From Erysipelothrix sp. (lineage in GTDB: Bacteria > Bacillota_I > Bacilli_A > Erysipelotrichales > Erysipelotrichaceae), in the NCBI GenBank assembly GCA_012841625.1, contig DUUI01000043.1, positions 5,151-69,150 on the forward strand: 64,000 nucleotides of DNA, given 5' to 3'. This document shows positions 47,638-57,400 of the stretch, one piece after another; the first letter of the stretch is position 1, and every line of letters begins with the position of its first letter. The notes beneath the pieces were generated by a model. That model saw only the letters and a list, made by a program, of their open reading frames with translations, had not been told where the DNA came from and made no database searches. Both the position numbers and the translations under genes were made by a program.

Positions 47638-48461
47638 TGTTCGAAGTATTTCAATATCCGTTCATGCAAAAAGCGTTAATCGTTGGTGCCCTGCTGGGTT
47701 TAATTGTGCCCTTAATTGGTGCGTTGATGGTTTCAAAGCGATTATCAATGATTGGTGATGCGTTGTCCCATATGTCATTAGCTGGGGTATCTATTGGTTT
47801 AATCTTTAATTTTAGTCCAGTCTTAGGAGCGTTATTAACTGGAATTATTTCTGCTTTAAGTATTGATTATATAAGATCTCGCTTGCCACAACATGCTGAG
47901 ACGAGTATTGCGGTGATAACATCGACTGGAATTGGGCTGGCAGGGTTATTGTCAGGTTTGATTCCTAATGCTGCTAATTTCAACTCGTTCTTATTTGGAA
48001 GTATAGTTGCTATTAGTAATGATGAATTATGGTTGGTAGTTATTATTGCGTTGGTTGTTTTTATTCTATTTACGCTCTTTTATAAAGAATTTTTCTTGGT
48101 GGCGATGGATGAAAAGAATGCTCGGCTACAGGGTGTTAATGTTAAAATTGTTAATTTACTGAGTTTGTTTTTAACAGCTTTAACTGTTTCAATCGCAGCT
48201 AGAACAGTGGGGGCTTTAATTATTAGTTCACTCATGGTGATTCCGGTTGTGAGTGCATTACAAATTAGTAAGTCTTACAAACAAACGGTTATCTTCTCGG
48301 TAATTTTTGGATTCATATTTACTGTTGTTGGACTTATTAGTTCTTTCTATCTTCGTCTCAAACCGGGAGGGACAATTGTTATTTTTGGTATCTTAGTGTT
48401 ATTTATGTTATTTATTTACAATGGGATTAAACGGTCTAAAATTAGAAGGAGGCATTTATGA
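47637..48461 (+). CDS. znuB: Metal ABC transporter permease (ABC-3 family)
   Basis: 274 aa with 8-9 TM helices. GDALSHMSLAGV motif is typical of ZnuB/MntB permeases. Confidence 0.8.
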   Translation: MFEVFQYPFMQKALIVGALLGLIVPLIGALMVSKRLSMIGDALSHMSLAGVSIGLIFNFSPVLGALLTGIISALSIDYIRSRLPQHAETSIAVITSTGIGLAGLLSGLIPNAANFNSFLFGSIVAISNDELWLVVIIALVVFILFTLFYKEFFLVAMDEKNARLQGVNVKIVNLLSLFLTALTVSIAARTVGALIISSLMVIPVVSALQISKSYKQTVIFSVIFGFIFTVVGLISSFYLRLKPGGTIVIFGILVLFMLFIYNGIKRSKIRRRHL

Positions 48462-48868
48462 GTAAAGATTTATTGTGGCCCAAAGAGTTAAAGAAAACAA
48501 AGCATCGCCAAAAGATTTATGACTTGCTTAAACAAGAGAATAGACCTTTGTCAATTGTTGAATTACAACAATTATTGCATGATAAAAACGAACAAATTTG
48601 GCTCTCAACAATTTATCGAGTGCTTGATTCATTCGTGTCTCATAATGTGGTTAATAAAATCAACATGTTAAATGATGATGCTGTCTATTATGAATTAAAC
48701 TTAAACCAACATGTTCATTATGCGATTTGTGTGAACTGTCGTGATGTGATTGAATTAGAACATTGTCCAATGGATATGTTTGAATCTCAATTAATTGATA
48801 AAAGCTTTAAAGTTTTTGGTCATCGGATGGAGATTTTTGGTCTTTGTCAAGACTGCCATCAAAATTAA
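48458..48868 (+). CDS. zur: Fur-family regulator, Zur by context
   Basis: The N-terminal region is KHRQKIYDLLKQ...PLSIVELQ, a winged helix. HVHYAICVNCRDVIEL and GLCQDCH supply two CxxC pairs. It is the last gene of the znu operon. Confidence 0.75.
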   Translation: MSKDLLWPKELKKTKHRQKIYDLLKQENRPLSIVELQQLLHDKNEQIWLSTIYRVLDSFVSHNVVNKINMLNDDAVYYELNLNQHVHYAICVNCRDVIELEHCPMDMFESQLIDKSFKVFGHRMEIFGLCQDCHQN

Positions 48869-50045
48869 TACTGAAGGTTACTTCCTGATTGTTGGAAGTA
48901 ACTTTTATTTTAGCGTTGTGCTTTTGGGCTATGTCTTTAGCAATGGCTAAGCCTAGACCATAACCTTCTTTGGAGCGAGACTCATCAATCCGATAAAAGC
49001 GGTCAAAGAGATGGTCTCTTTGATCTTTGTTTAAGGTGTCAGCAGGATTTGTTATGGTTAGGATATTGTTTTTTAAACTAATGGTTGTAATCGAGTTTTC
49101 ATAAGAATACTTGATGGCATTGTCTAACAATATTCGGATTAGCTTAGTGAGGCTTTCTAAATCTCCTACAATAATTGATTTTGATTCTAATTCACTTACT
49201 TCTAACTGACGTTTATGCTCGAAAAAAAGTGGTTCATAATCTAAAATAACTTGTTTCACTAAGTGGTTTAAATCAATAGTATTTCTCTCGAGTTGATAAT
49301 GTTCACTATCACCTTGAGCTAAATACAATAATTGATGGACAAGCCCACTCATACGCGTAATTTCACTTTCTTGAGATTCAATCCATTTCATTTGAGTAGA
49401 GATAGGTTGATCCATATTATTTTTTAAGATTGTCACATTATTTCCTAGAATGGTTAATGGGTTTTTAAGCTCATGGCTTGCGTCTGCGATAAATTGTTTC
49501 TGTTGTTGCATCGAATCTTCTACAGGTTTAACGAGTTTTTTTGATAAGTAGATAGTTAAGACAGTTAAGACTAAGAAACTGGCTAGAAACAATGACACTA
49601 GTGTGAAGACAAATGATCTAAATGTGTTTTGGGTAGGTCTTAGATCGATAAATGCTATTTTGGTTCTTAATGAATTTATATCTTTTTTGAATTCTACAGT
49701 GTTGTTTAATATCTTGCCCTGTACAAGTGAGCTAGATAATGCTTCATTCATTAGAGTATTGAATGTTTCTGAATCGATGTTCCAATTAGTTGATGAAGCT
49801 ATAAATTGGTCACTAATTGGTAAATATTCAGCTACAAAGGTATTAGGATGAACATTTCTGGATTGTCCAAAGATGACAGAGTCTTGGGTTGGGATATTAT
49901 AGAGGGTCCCATTTAGCGCAATTTCATTTTGGGTTGTTAATTGATAATATTCAATGAATCCAAATATAGTAAAAACGAACAATAGAGTTGTTCCTAGGAT
50001 ACTAATTAATAAGAGTTGGATATTTCGTTTTAATCTCTTAATCAT
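48807..50045 (-). CDS. Sensor histidine kinase (two TM helices, HisKA, HATPase_c), CssS-like
   Basis: The H-box is FIADASHELKNPLT. The N-box is LLDNAIKY. The G-boxes are GYGLGLAIAKDI. 412 aa. Its 3' end overlaps zur by 62 nt. Confidence 0.85.
   Translation of the reverse strand: MIKRLKRNIQLLLISILGTTLLFVFTIFGFIEYYQLTTQNEIALNGTLYNIPTQDSVIFGQSRNVHPNTFVAEYLPISDQFIASSTNWNIDSETFNTLMNEALSSSLVQGKILNNTVEFKKDINSLRTKIAFIDLRPTQNTFRSFVFTLVSLFLASFLVLTVLTIYLSKKLVKPVEDSMQQQKQFIADASHELKNPLTILGNNVTILKNNMDQPISTQMKWIESQESEITRMSGLVHQLLYLAQGDSEHYQLERNTIDLNHLVKQVILDYEPLFFEHKRQLEVSELESKSIIVGDLESLTKLIRILLDNAIKYSYENSITTISLKNNILTITNPADTLNKDQRDHLFDRFYRIDESRSKEGYGLGLAIAKDIAQKHNAKIKVTSNNQEVTFSINFDGSLDKDQKSPSDDQKL
48877..48911 (+). 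terminator. znu-zur operon terminator, embedded antisense in the 3' coding region of the histidine kinase gene
   Basis: GTTACTTCC (48877-48885) pairs with GGAAGTAAC (48894-48902), then TTTTATTTT. Confidence 0.65.
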
Positions 50046-50716
50046 TCTGACTCACCAAAATAATATCCGACTTTTCGAATTGTGTGGATGGTTGATTTTG
50101 TTTCTAAGAATTCTAGTTTTCGTCTTAAAAATGAAATATAGGCTTCAACATTATTATCTTGTGCATCTGAGTCATAACCCCACACTTTTGAAATGATTTG
50201 GTCTTTTGAGAAGACTCGTTTTGGGTTTGAGAATAAGAGTTCGAATAATTGGAACTCTTTGAGACTCAGATTCAATGTTTGAGTTTTATTTGAGAGCGTA
50301 TGATCATTTATATTGAGTGTTAAATCATCGACTTTAATTTCGTTTAATACAATCTCGCCTTTGCGTCGACTGATGGCAGAGATTCGTGCGAGTAGTTCAT
50401 TGACATCAAATGGTTTTGATAGATAATCATCAGCCCCTTGGTTTAAACCATAAATCTTATCTGTTGTTGAGTCTTTAGCGGATAAGAATATGATTGGTGT
50501 TGAGATATTTTTACTTCGTAATTGTTTGACGACTTCATAACCGTTTAATTTGGGGAGCATGACATCCATGATTATGACATCATATTGATTGCTAATGGCA
50601 TAATCAAAACCGTCAAGCCCGTCAAAGACGATATCAACGGTGTGGTGTTTGTTTTCTAAAATTTCTTTTAAAGATTGTGCTAATCTTATTTCATCTTCAA
50701 CTACTAGTATATTCAT
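50042..50716 (-). CDS. OmpR/PhoB-family response regulator, CssR-like
   Basis: The receiver domain shows ILVVEDE...IIMDVMLP...SAKD. The winged-helix C-terminus reads LSLKEFQLFELL...IHTIRKVGY. ATGA overlap with the kinase gene. Confidence 0.88.
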   Translation of the reverse strand: MNILVVEDEIRLAQSLKEILENKHHTVDIVFDGLDGFDYAISNQYDVIIMDVMLPKLNGYEVVKQLRSKNISTPIIFLSAKDSTTDKIYGLNQGADDYLSKPFDVNELLARISAISRRKGEIVLNEIKVDDLTLNINDHTLSNKTQTLNLSLKEFQLFELLFSNPKRVFSKDQIISKVWGYDSDAQDNNVEAYISFLRRKLEFLETKSTIHTIRKVGYYFGESE

Positions 50717-50739
50717 ACATTTATATTATACCAGTTACT

Positions 50740-50776
50740 TTAAAATAGTCTGAAATCTTTTTTAAGACTATTTTAA
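50740..50776. promoter_or_regulatory. 12-bp perfect inverted repeat in the response-regulator / htrA divergent intergenic region
   Basis: TTAAAATAGTCT (50740-50751), 13 nt gap, AGACTATTTTAA (50765-50776). Confidence 0.4.
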
Positions 50777-50814
50777 GAGGTTCTTGTTATGATATATGTA
50801 CGAGGAGGTTATTC

Positions 50815-51912
50815 ATGAAAAAATTTATTACAACTTTAGGCATTGTGGCGATACTTGTATTGAATGCGTTTATGGGTATTCGTTTGACTACTTTGGAAGA
50901 TGAATTAAATACTTTAAAAAATGAACAACCACAAGTGGTTGAGACTCAGCCTACGGTTACTCAAACTTCAAATATTCGGACTGTCATTGAGACAGATGTA
51001 TCAGAGATTTATAGTAAGGTTCAAAACTCTGTTGTGACAGTGATTAATAATCCTTATGGATCTGGGTCTGGTGTTATTTATAAAGTAGATGGAAATAAAT
51101 CTTTTGTTGTTACAAATCATCATGTTATTGAGGACAATCAATCTGTTGATGTGTTACTTAGTAATGGGGATAGAGTTGAAGCAGAAGTTCTTGGGAGTGA
51201 TTCATTAGCTGATATTGCGTTATTAGAAATTGAGACAGAGCATCAATTAGTGCCGATGGTATTAGGTGATAGTTCAGTTTTAAATGTTGGTGAAACAGTC
51301 TTAGCGATTGGTTCTCCGAGTGGTGAAAATTTCTCTGGTAGCTTATCAGTGGGTGTTATTTCTGGTAAGGATCGTATCATTGAGGTTGACACTGATGGTG
51401 ATCGACGTCCTGACTGGGATATGGTTTTAATTCAGACTGATGCTGCTATTAATCCTGGTAATTCGGGAGGGGCTTTGGTCAATATGGCAGGTCAATTAGT
51501 GGGTATTAATACGCTGAAACTGCTTGATATTACGGTTGAGGGGATGGGCTTTGCGAATCCTATCAATGAAGTGGTGAGTATCTTAGAACAATTAGAACAA
51601 GATGGAGAAGTGACTCGTCCATTTATTGGGATTAGTGGGTTATCGGTTGAAGATTTAATTGCTCAGAGTCGTTACTACCCTATTGATTTACCGAATGTTG
51701 AAAAGGGTGTTTATATTAGTGATGTCATGAGTAATTCACCTGCATCAAGGGCTGGAATTGAGTCAGGTGATGTAATTGTTAAATTTGATGCTCAGGAAGT
51801 GGACGACTTTAAAACATTTAGACGTTATCTTTATCAGTTTAAGATAGGTGATGAAGTGGATGTTGAGATTATTAGAGACAATGAAACACTGACATTGACT
51901 ATTAAACTATAA
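50815..51912 (+). CDS. htrA: HtrA/DegP-family serine protease (N-terminal TM anchor, trypsin-like domain, PDZ)
   Basis: Catalytic triad context: TNHHV, DIALLEI and GNSGGALVN. The PDZ domain contains GVYISDVMSNSPASRAGIESGDVIV. 365 aa. Confidence 0.9.
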   Translation: MKKFITTLGIVAILVLNAFMGIRLTTLEDELNTLKNEQPQVVETQPTVTQTSNIRTVIETDVSEIYSKVQNSVVTVINNPYGSGSGVIYKVDGNKSFVVTNHHVIEDNQSVDVLLSNGDRVEAEVLGSDSLADIALLEIETEHQLVPMVLGDSSVLNVGETVLAIGSPSGENFSGSLSVGVISGKDRIIEVDTDGDRRPDWDMVLIQTDAAINPGNSGGALVNMAGQLVGINTLKLLDITVEGMGFANPINEVVSILEQLEQDGEVTRPFIGISGLSVEDLIAQSRYYPIDLPNVEKGVYISDVMSNSPASRAGIESGDVIVKFDAQEVDDFKTFRRYLYQFKIGDEVDVEIIRDNETLTLTIKL

Positions 51913-51920
51913 TTAGTGAA

Positions 51921-51966
51921 CCTCCTTTTGTGTTAGTATAGTGTGAGCACAAAGGGAGGTTTTTTT
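51921..51966 (+). terminator. htrA terminator; its 3' arm contains the RBS of the next gene
   Basis: CCTCCTTTTGTG (51921-51932) pairs with CACAAAGGGAGG (51948-51959) in a 12-bp stem with one G-U, then T7, then ATG 51967. Confidence 0.75.
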
Positions 51967-52833
51967 ATGGATTATTTTAAGTTTCATGAGATGGAAATAT
52001 ATTGGTTAGTGGGTGGTCATACAGCCCTTGATGGTGGGGCAATGTTTGGGGTTGTTCCAAAGCCATTATGGTCTAGGAAATATCTAGTGGATGAGTTTAA
52101 TCGTATTGAAACTCCAACGGATCCTTTACTAATACGGTATCAAAATAAAAACTACTTAATTGATGCGTCGATTGGGACTAAACTTACGGATAAACAAAAG
52201 AAAAATTATGGTGTCTTAACTGAGCCAAAACTTGAGGAGAGTTTGGCTGATATTGGTTTAACTGTTAATGATATTGATTTTATTTTGATGACTCATTTTC
52301 ATTTTGATCATGCGGGTGGGTTGACGAAAATTGTTAATGATCAAATTGTTTCAACCTTTCCTAATGCGACTATCTATGTGCATCAAATTGAATGGGATGA
52401 AGTGAGAAATCCTAATATTCGCTCAAAGAACACATATTTCAGACAAAACTGGGAAGCGATTGAGCACCAAGTGAAACCTTTTTCTAATAATTTAAAAATT
52501 AAAGAATCAATCGAAATGATTCATACAGGTGGACATAGTAATGGACATTGTATTGTTAGACTGACTCAGGCGAGTGATGTAATTGTTCATATGGCTGATT
52601 TAATGGCGACTCATGCTCATCAAAATCCATTGTGGGTGATGGCATATGATGATTATCCGATTGATTCAATTCATATGAAACAGAAATATTTGATGGATGG
52701 ATATAAAAACGGTGTGATTTTTTCGTTTTATCATGATGCCTTCTATCGTTTGATTAAATGGGATAGTGATGGCAAGGAAATTGTGTATAGTTTAAAAAGA
52801 GGGGCTGAGCCTATTATAAAAGGAGTTCGTTAA
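51967..52833 (+). CDS. MBL-fold metallo-hydrolase
   Basis: The MBL motif is HFHFDHAGG. Downstream metal ligands are HTGGHSNGH and HMADL. Start refined to MDYFKF. Confidence 0.8.
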   Translation: MDYFKFHEMEIYWLVGGHTALDGGAMFGVVPKPLWSRKYLVDEFNRIETPTDPLLIRYQNKNYLIDASIGTKLTDKQKKNYGVLTEPKLEESLADIGLTVNDIDFILMTHFHFDHAGGLTKIVNDQIVSTFPNATIYVHQIEWDEVRNPNIRSKNTYFRQNWEAIEHQVKPFSNNLKIKESIEMIHTGGHSNGHCIVRLTQASDVIVHMADLMATHAHQNPLWVMAYDDYPIDSIHMKQKYLMDGYKNGVIFSFYHDAFYRLIKWDSDGKEIVYSLKRGAEPIIKGVR

Positions 52834-52853
52834 CGAACTCCTTTATTTTTTTA
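52822..52853. terminator. Bidirectional terminator shared by the MBL gene and tRNA-Arg
   Basis: GGAGTTCG-TTAA-CGAACTCC, with the gene stop codon in the loop. T-runs on both strands. Confidence 0.75.
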
Positions 52854-52854
52854 T

Positions 52855-52930
52855 TGGTGCGCCTGGCAGGGATCGAACCTGCAACCTTTTGAATCGGAAT
52901 CAAACACGCTATCCATTGCGCCACAGGCGC
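52855..52930 (-). tRNA. tRNA-Arg (anticodon CCG), CCA encoded
   Basis: Reverse complement is GCGCCTGTGGCGCAATGGATAGCGTGTTTGATTCCGATTCAAAAGGTTGCAGGTTCGATCCCTGCCAGGCGCACCA. Anticodon stem TTTGA/TCAAA, loop TTCCGAT. Confidence 0.9.
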
Positions 52931-52962
52931 AGAAAGTTGTGCTTTAACACAACTTTTGCTAA

Positions 52963-54021
52963 TTATTCGAAACTAATTTCCATCCATGAGTCAACGACAT
53001 GGAACCAAGTTTGTCCTGGATTTAGGATAATTGGTTGACCATCTGCTGTGGTGAACATGGTTGGTTCGTTGTGGTCTTCTGACTTGGTCCAGTTGATTTC
53101 TATCATTTTTCCACCTGTTAATAAATATCCAGTACCATTTCCAATTGTATGGAAGTCTTTGTGTCCAGCATTTGTATAAACAAATGAATCGGCAATTTGG
53201 ATAATAATATTGGTTGGTGTGACTGGGTATTCTGTTGTTTCATCGACCATTTCGACACCTTCGCGTAGTTTTGTATAGGTGTGAGTTGTTTCGTCATAAT
53301 TGTATTCACTATAATTCCATGTACTTTGATATGGGACATAAGCATAACTTACGTCTTCTCCCATTTCTGGAACTGTAAATTCATCATAGAATTCAAAGCG
53401 AGATGGGTACTCATCGATTAATGAAGAGTCTCTTTCTTCAACATAGTCATAGACAGCTTTTAAACTTGCGTAGGCATTATGAGGGGCAACTTTTCCGGTA
53501 TCGAAATATCGTTGTGTTGCGGTTCCTTCAACTGAGTGCCCTTCAACATCAGTGACGCCTGAACTATTGATCATGGCGTTTCCGTCGGTACTTCCACCAT
53601 AGTGTAAGTATAGAGCATTATTTTGTAGTGCTAATGAGACAAAGTTTGGTCTGGCTGATCTGATTGGGCCAATGAATAGGTCTTCTTCTTGTCTTTCAAA
53701 TAATGCGGCGTATCGTGTAAACTCGCCTTCGACTCGCATTTCAAAAATAATAGCTGCTTTTGATAGGCTTCCTTGGTTTCGTGCATCTTGATGATTGTCA
53801 ATCATGACTAGTAATGGTCGTTGATCAACGTATTCTTCATCAATTTCTAAACCAGTAAATCGTGAGACTATTTTCTCAGGCTCAGGCTCTGGTTCTGGCT
53901 CTGGCTCAGGTTCTGGTGTGGGTTCTTCTGTGACAACGTCTTCTTCTATTGGTTCTTCTTTTGGTGAAGAACAAGAAACTAATAGCAATAATGCTATTAT
54001 AATAAATAATATCTTTTTCAT
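52963..54021 (-). CDS. DUF3048-family lipoprotein with a (Pro-Glu)7 linker
   Basis: Lipobox LLLVSC|SS. RFTGLEIDEEYVDQRPLLVMIDNHQDARNQGSLSKAAIIFEMRVEGEFTRYAALF matches the DUF3048 N-domain pattern. The start was refined to MKKILF after AGAGG. Confidence 0.75.
   Translation of the reverse strand: MKKILFIIIALLLLVSCSSPKEEPIEEDVVTEEPTPEPEPEPEPEPEPEKIVSRFTGLEIDEEYVDQRPLLVMIDNHQDARNQGSLSKAAIIFEMRVEGEFTRYAALFERQEEDLFIGPIRSARPNFVSLALQNNALYLHYGGSTDGNAMINSSGVTDVEGHSVEGTATQRYFDTGKVAPHNAYASLKAVYDYVEERDSSLIDEYPSRFEFYDEFTVPEMGEDVSYAYVPYQSTWNYSEYNYDETTHTYTKLREGVEMVDETTEYPVTPTNIIIQIADSFVYTNAGHKDFHTIGNGTGYLLTGGKMIEINWTKSEDHNEPTMFTTADGQPIILNPGQTWFHVVDSWMEISFE
53875..53916 (-). repeat. Coding hexanucleotide repeat (YTCWGG x7 on the plus strand) encoding PEPEPEPEPEPEPE
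   Basis: Seven tandem 6-nt units read directly; in frame within the DUF3048 gene. Confidence 0.85.
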
Positions 54022-54094
54022 ATTTATACCTCTAATTAAGTTTACCATAAATCTTTACTTTGTTTATCTCTTTTGTTATGATATACAAGCTATT

Positions 54095-54169
54095 GGACGA
54101 TTAGCTCAGTGGGAGAGCACCTGCTTGACGTGCAGGGGGTCAGGGGTTCAAATCCCTTATCGTCCACCA
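54095..54169 (+). tRNA. tRNA-Val (anticodon GAC), CCA encoded
   Basis: GGACGATTAGCTCAGTGGGAGAGCACCTGCTTGACGTGCAGGGGGTCAGGGGTTCAAATCCCTTATCGTCCACCA. Anticodon stem CCTGC/GCAGG, loop TTGACGT. Confidence 0.9.
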
Positions 54170-54186
54170 TTTATGTAGTAAAAACT

Positions 54187-54225
54187 AAGCACTGTTTGAT
54201 GAATTCAATCAGTGCTTTTTCTTTT
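54187..54225 (+). terminator. Terminator after tRNA-Val
   Basis: AAGCACTG (54187-54194) pairs with CAGTGCTT (54210-54217), then TTTCTTTT. Confidence 0.65.
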
Positions 54226-54406
54226 GTTTGAAAGGTAACTATAAAGAAAACAAATGAGTTTGATAAAATAGTTTGAAAATATAAATTCTAGAGATAGTTA
54301 TCTGTAAGTAAATCTTTGAAAAGTGAATGTTTTGATTTTGAAACGGTAGCCAAATCAAGTGCTAGGCTCATATCCTAAATCTTTGATAAGATTAAGGGTG
54401 CATTTT

Positions 54407-57400
54407 TTATTGTTGTCTAATAGTAATTGTGCTACCCTCTTGGCTCTTATCCACTTGAATTTGATTGCTAATTCGCTCTTTTAATTCCTTAACATGAGAA
54501 ATGATACCAACAATGCGTCCATCTTGATTGATCTTTAATAGTGTTTCAATTGCCTGATCTAATGATTGTTCGTCAAGTGTACCAAACCCCTCATCAATGA
54601 ATAGAGCATCAATATGAACACCTCCATATTTTTGGCTAGTAACATCAGATAGTCCTAAGGCTAGAGCGAGCGATGCTTTAAATGTTTCACCACCCGATAG
54701 TGTTTTAACTGATCTAGATCTTGATGTGTGATTATCAAAAACTTCTAAATCTAAACCAGAAGCTCTTTGTCTGGCTAATTTATCTTCCATCACCACTAGG
54801 TAGAATCTATCTTGTGTCATTGATAAAAGTCTTTCATTGGCATACTCTAAGACTTCTTCAAAGAATGATGCCAAGACATATCGTTCAAATGATAAGTATC
54901 CGACACTGCTATCACCAGTAGCTGCTAAATATAATGGATAGATTTCTTTATGTTGGTTTAGTAGTTCTTGACTCTTACCACTCTCTTGTTCTACTTCTGT
55001 GACTGTTGCCTCATAATTTGAAAGTTGATTATTCTTTATGTTTAATTTAGTAGTATAGTTTCTGATATTATTTTCTAGTTCTAATCTTATGGTATGAGGG
55101 TTTTCGACAATTTCTTTAAGCTGGCTTAAACGATCATTTGTTCCCTTTATAAGACCAGCATTTAGATGTACTTCCTTATTATATGTTTCAATTGTTTTTA
55201 AATTAGCCTCAATATCTTCTTTAGTCACTATTCTCTCAATAACCTCAGATTCGTCAATATTCTTAGCTACTAACTCATCCTTATATATATGAGATAATTC
55301 TTCTAGTTCTATTTTTATTGTACTAGACATTTCTTCTAGGTTCTTAAGACTGGTTACTGTTTCTACTTTTTTCTTATCTAGAAGGTTCAGTTCTTGTGAT
55401 GTTTTATCTCGATTAAGTCGAGTTACTTTTATTTTATTATTAATCACTTCAACATCTTTAACTAAACTTTCTAGATCTTCAGCAGTTAGTAATACCTCAT
55501 TATTTAGAATTTTGTCAAGATTATTTATTTCTTCTAATCGATTGGATTTATTTGTTTCTTCCTTATTAATTTCTAATCGGTTATTCACTAGTTGTTCATT
55601 TAATTTATCTCTTTCTTTTTCGAGCCATTCGCCATTTGAAATAATTTGTTTTAGATGGATTATTTCATCATCTCTAACTTGTTTTTCTTTAATGAGGTGC
55701 TCTGTCTCTTTCATTAAATGATTATAGTCTTCATTAAAACTCTCTTCACTAAAACCTAAGGCTTCTAGCTTCTTGTTTTTCGATTCATTAAAAGACTTGA
55801 GTCGTTGTGAACTTTGTGCAAACTCAGATTGTTTAGTACTCTGTTCTTGTTTTAGAAGTTTAATTGATTCCTCACTTATCTCATCGGTACTTAAATGAGC
55901 TTTATAAGGATGATGTAACGATCCACAAACAGGACAGGGTTCGTTTTCATTTAAACTCTGTGCTATCACACCCGCAATCTGTTGTTGACGCAAGATTTCT
56001 CTTTGTGTTACTAGAAGATCAATTTCTTCTTTTTCTTCCTTCAATTCGTTAAATATTAATGTTTCTGAATTGATATCATCAATTGTTCTTGTAACTATCT
56101 CACTCTCATTAAGTTTCTGTTTAGAGATTAACAGTTTTTCATTTATTTCTGTCAATTCTTGTGATATCTGCTTTAGTTGTTTTTCTGCATCCTTTATTTT
56201 TTCAATTTGTACTTTCTTTTCTTGAAGTTGACGATTGGTCTCTTCAAGCTTCTCCTTACCGATTGAGATGTTTTCATCTGATTGTTTATTTAAAATAATA
56301 AGCTTCTCTTTAGCATTAGACTTTTCTAGTAAATTAGAAAACTTAAGATGCTTTTGGTTTATTTGGTTACGTTCACTTTCCCACTCTTCAATATGATTAA
56401 AATCCTTATTGATTAGTTCTAATGAATTATTAAGATTTGACAGTTCAGAATCTAGATTTAACAGTTGAGAACTCATTTCTTGTTTATCCTTTTTATTCTT
56501 ACTCAATTTTAGTTTTAGAGTGTCAATTTGATTAAGCATATTCTTTAATGCAATAATATCTTCAATCTTAGTATTCAAAACTTTTAGATTATTAATTTCT
56601 TCTCGTTTTGAATCAAGCTCTAGTTTTCTCTTTTGATATTTATGTAAATCATTCTGTAAATCGATTTGTTGAATCAGGGTGTTAAATTTCTTAGTGAGAA
56701 TATCCAATTCTTCCTGTTCTTTGTTTACTTCAGTCTTTAAGTCACTTATTTCTTCTTTTAGATAGTCTACAACTTTATCATATTGTTTACTGCCAAGATA
56801 TGAGTTAAAATCCCCATCATCAATATTTAAAACTCTTAAAAATGCGAGAATATTATTTTGACTACTTTCTAATTGTTTGGATAATTTGTCTGTTTCTAGC
56901 TTTAGTTTCTCAGTAAATATTTGGAAGTCTTGAGTTTTAAATAAATCTCTAAAGATGCCTTCTTTTTCACTTGAACCAGCGACTAATAAATCTTTAAACT
57001 CACCTTGTGGTAAAAGAACAATTTGTTTAAACTGAGTGGCTGTTAAGCCTAATATCGTATTGATTTCTGCTTGGACTTCAGTAATTTTACTTAATGCTAA
57101 ATTATCACTTGATAATCGGGCTGTTGATTCATGATTCACTATTCGCCCCCTTGTACCAATAGCCTTTTGAGCTGGATGTCGATAGACTGTATATGTTTTA
57201 TTTTTTGATTCAAATTCAAACTCTACATAGGATAAAGTTTCTTCACTCGCAAATTGAGATTTAGTTGGTTGTCCTAAAGATTTTCTATCACTACTACTTA
57301 ATTGTCCGTAGAGTGCATAAAAGATAGCATCAAAAATTGTTGTCTTACCTGATCCGGTTGGCCCTGTAATAAGAAATAGACCTTCTTGAGTAAATTGCGA

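Noticed and set aside
54226-54406. Cluster of TTTGA(A/T)AA-like words (about 7 copies) in the 181-bp gap between tRNA-Val and the sbcC 3' end. I considered whether it is an iteron or DnaA-box-like array.
   Set aside because: The words are irregularly spaced, degenerate and AT-rich, and do not match the DnaA box TTATCCACA. The region lies downstream of two convergent units, so it is most simply a spacer with weak hairpins.
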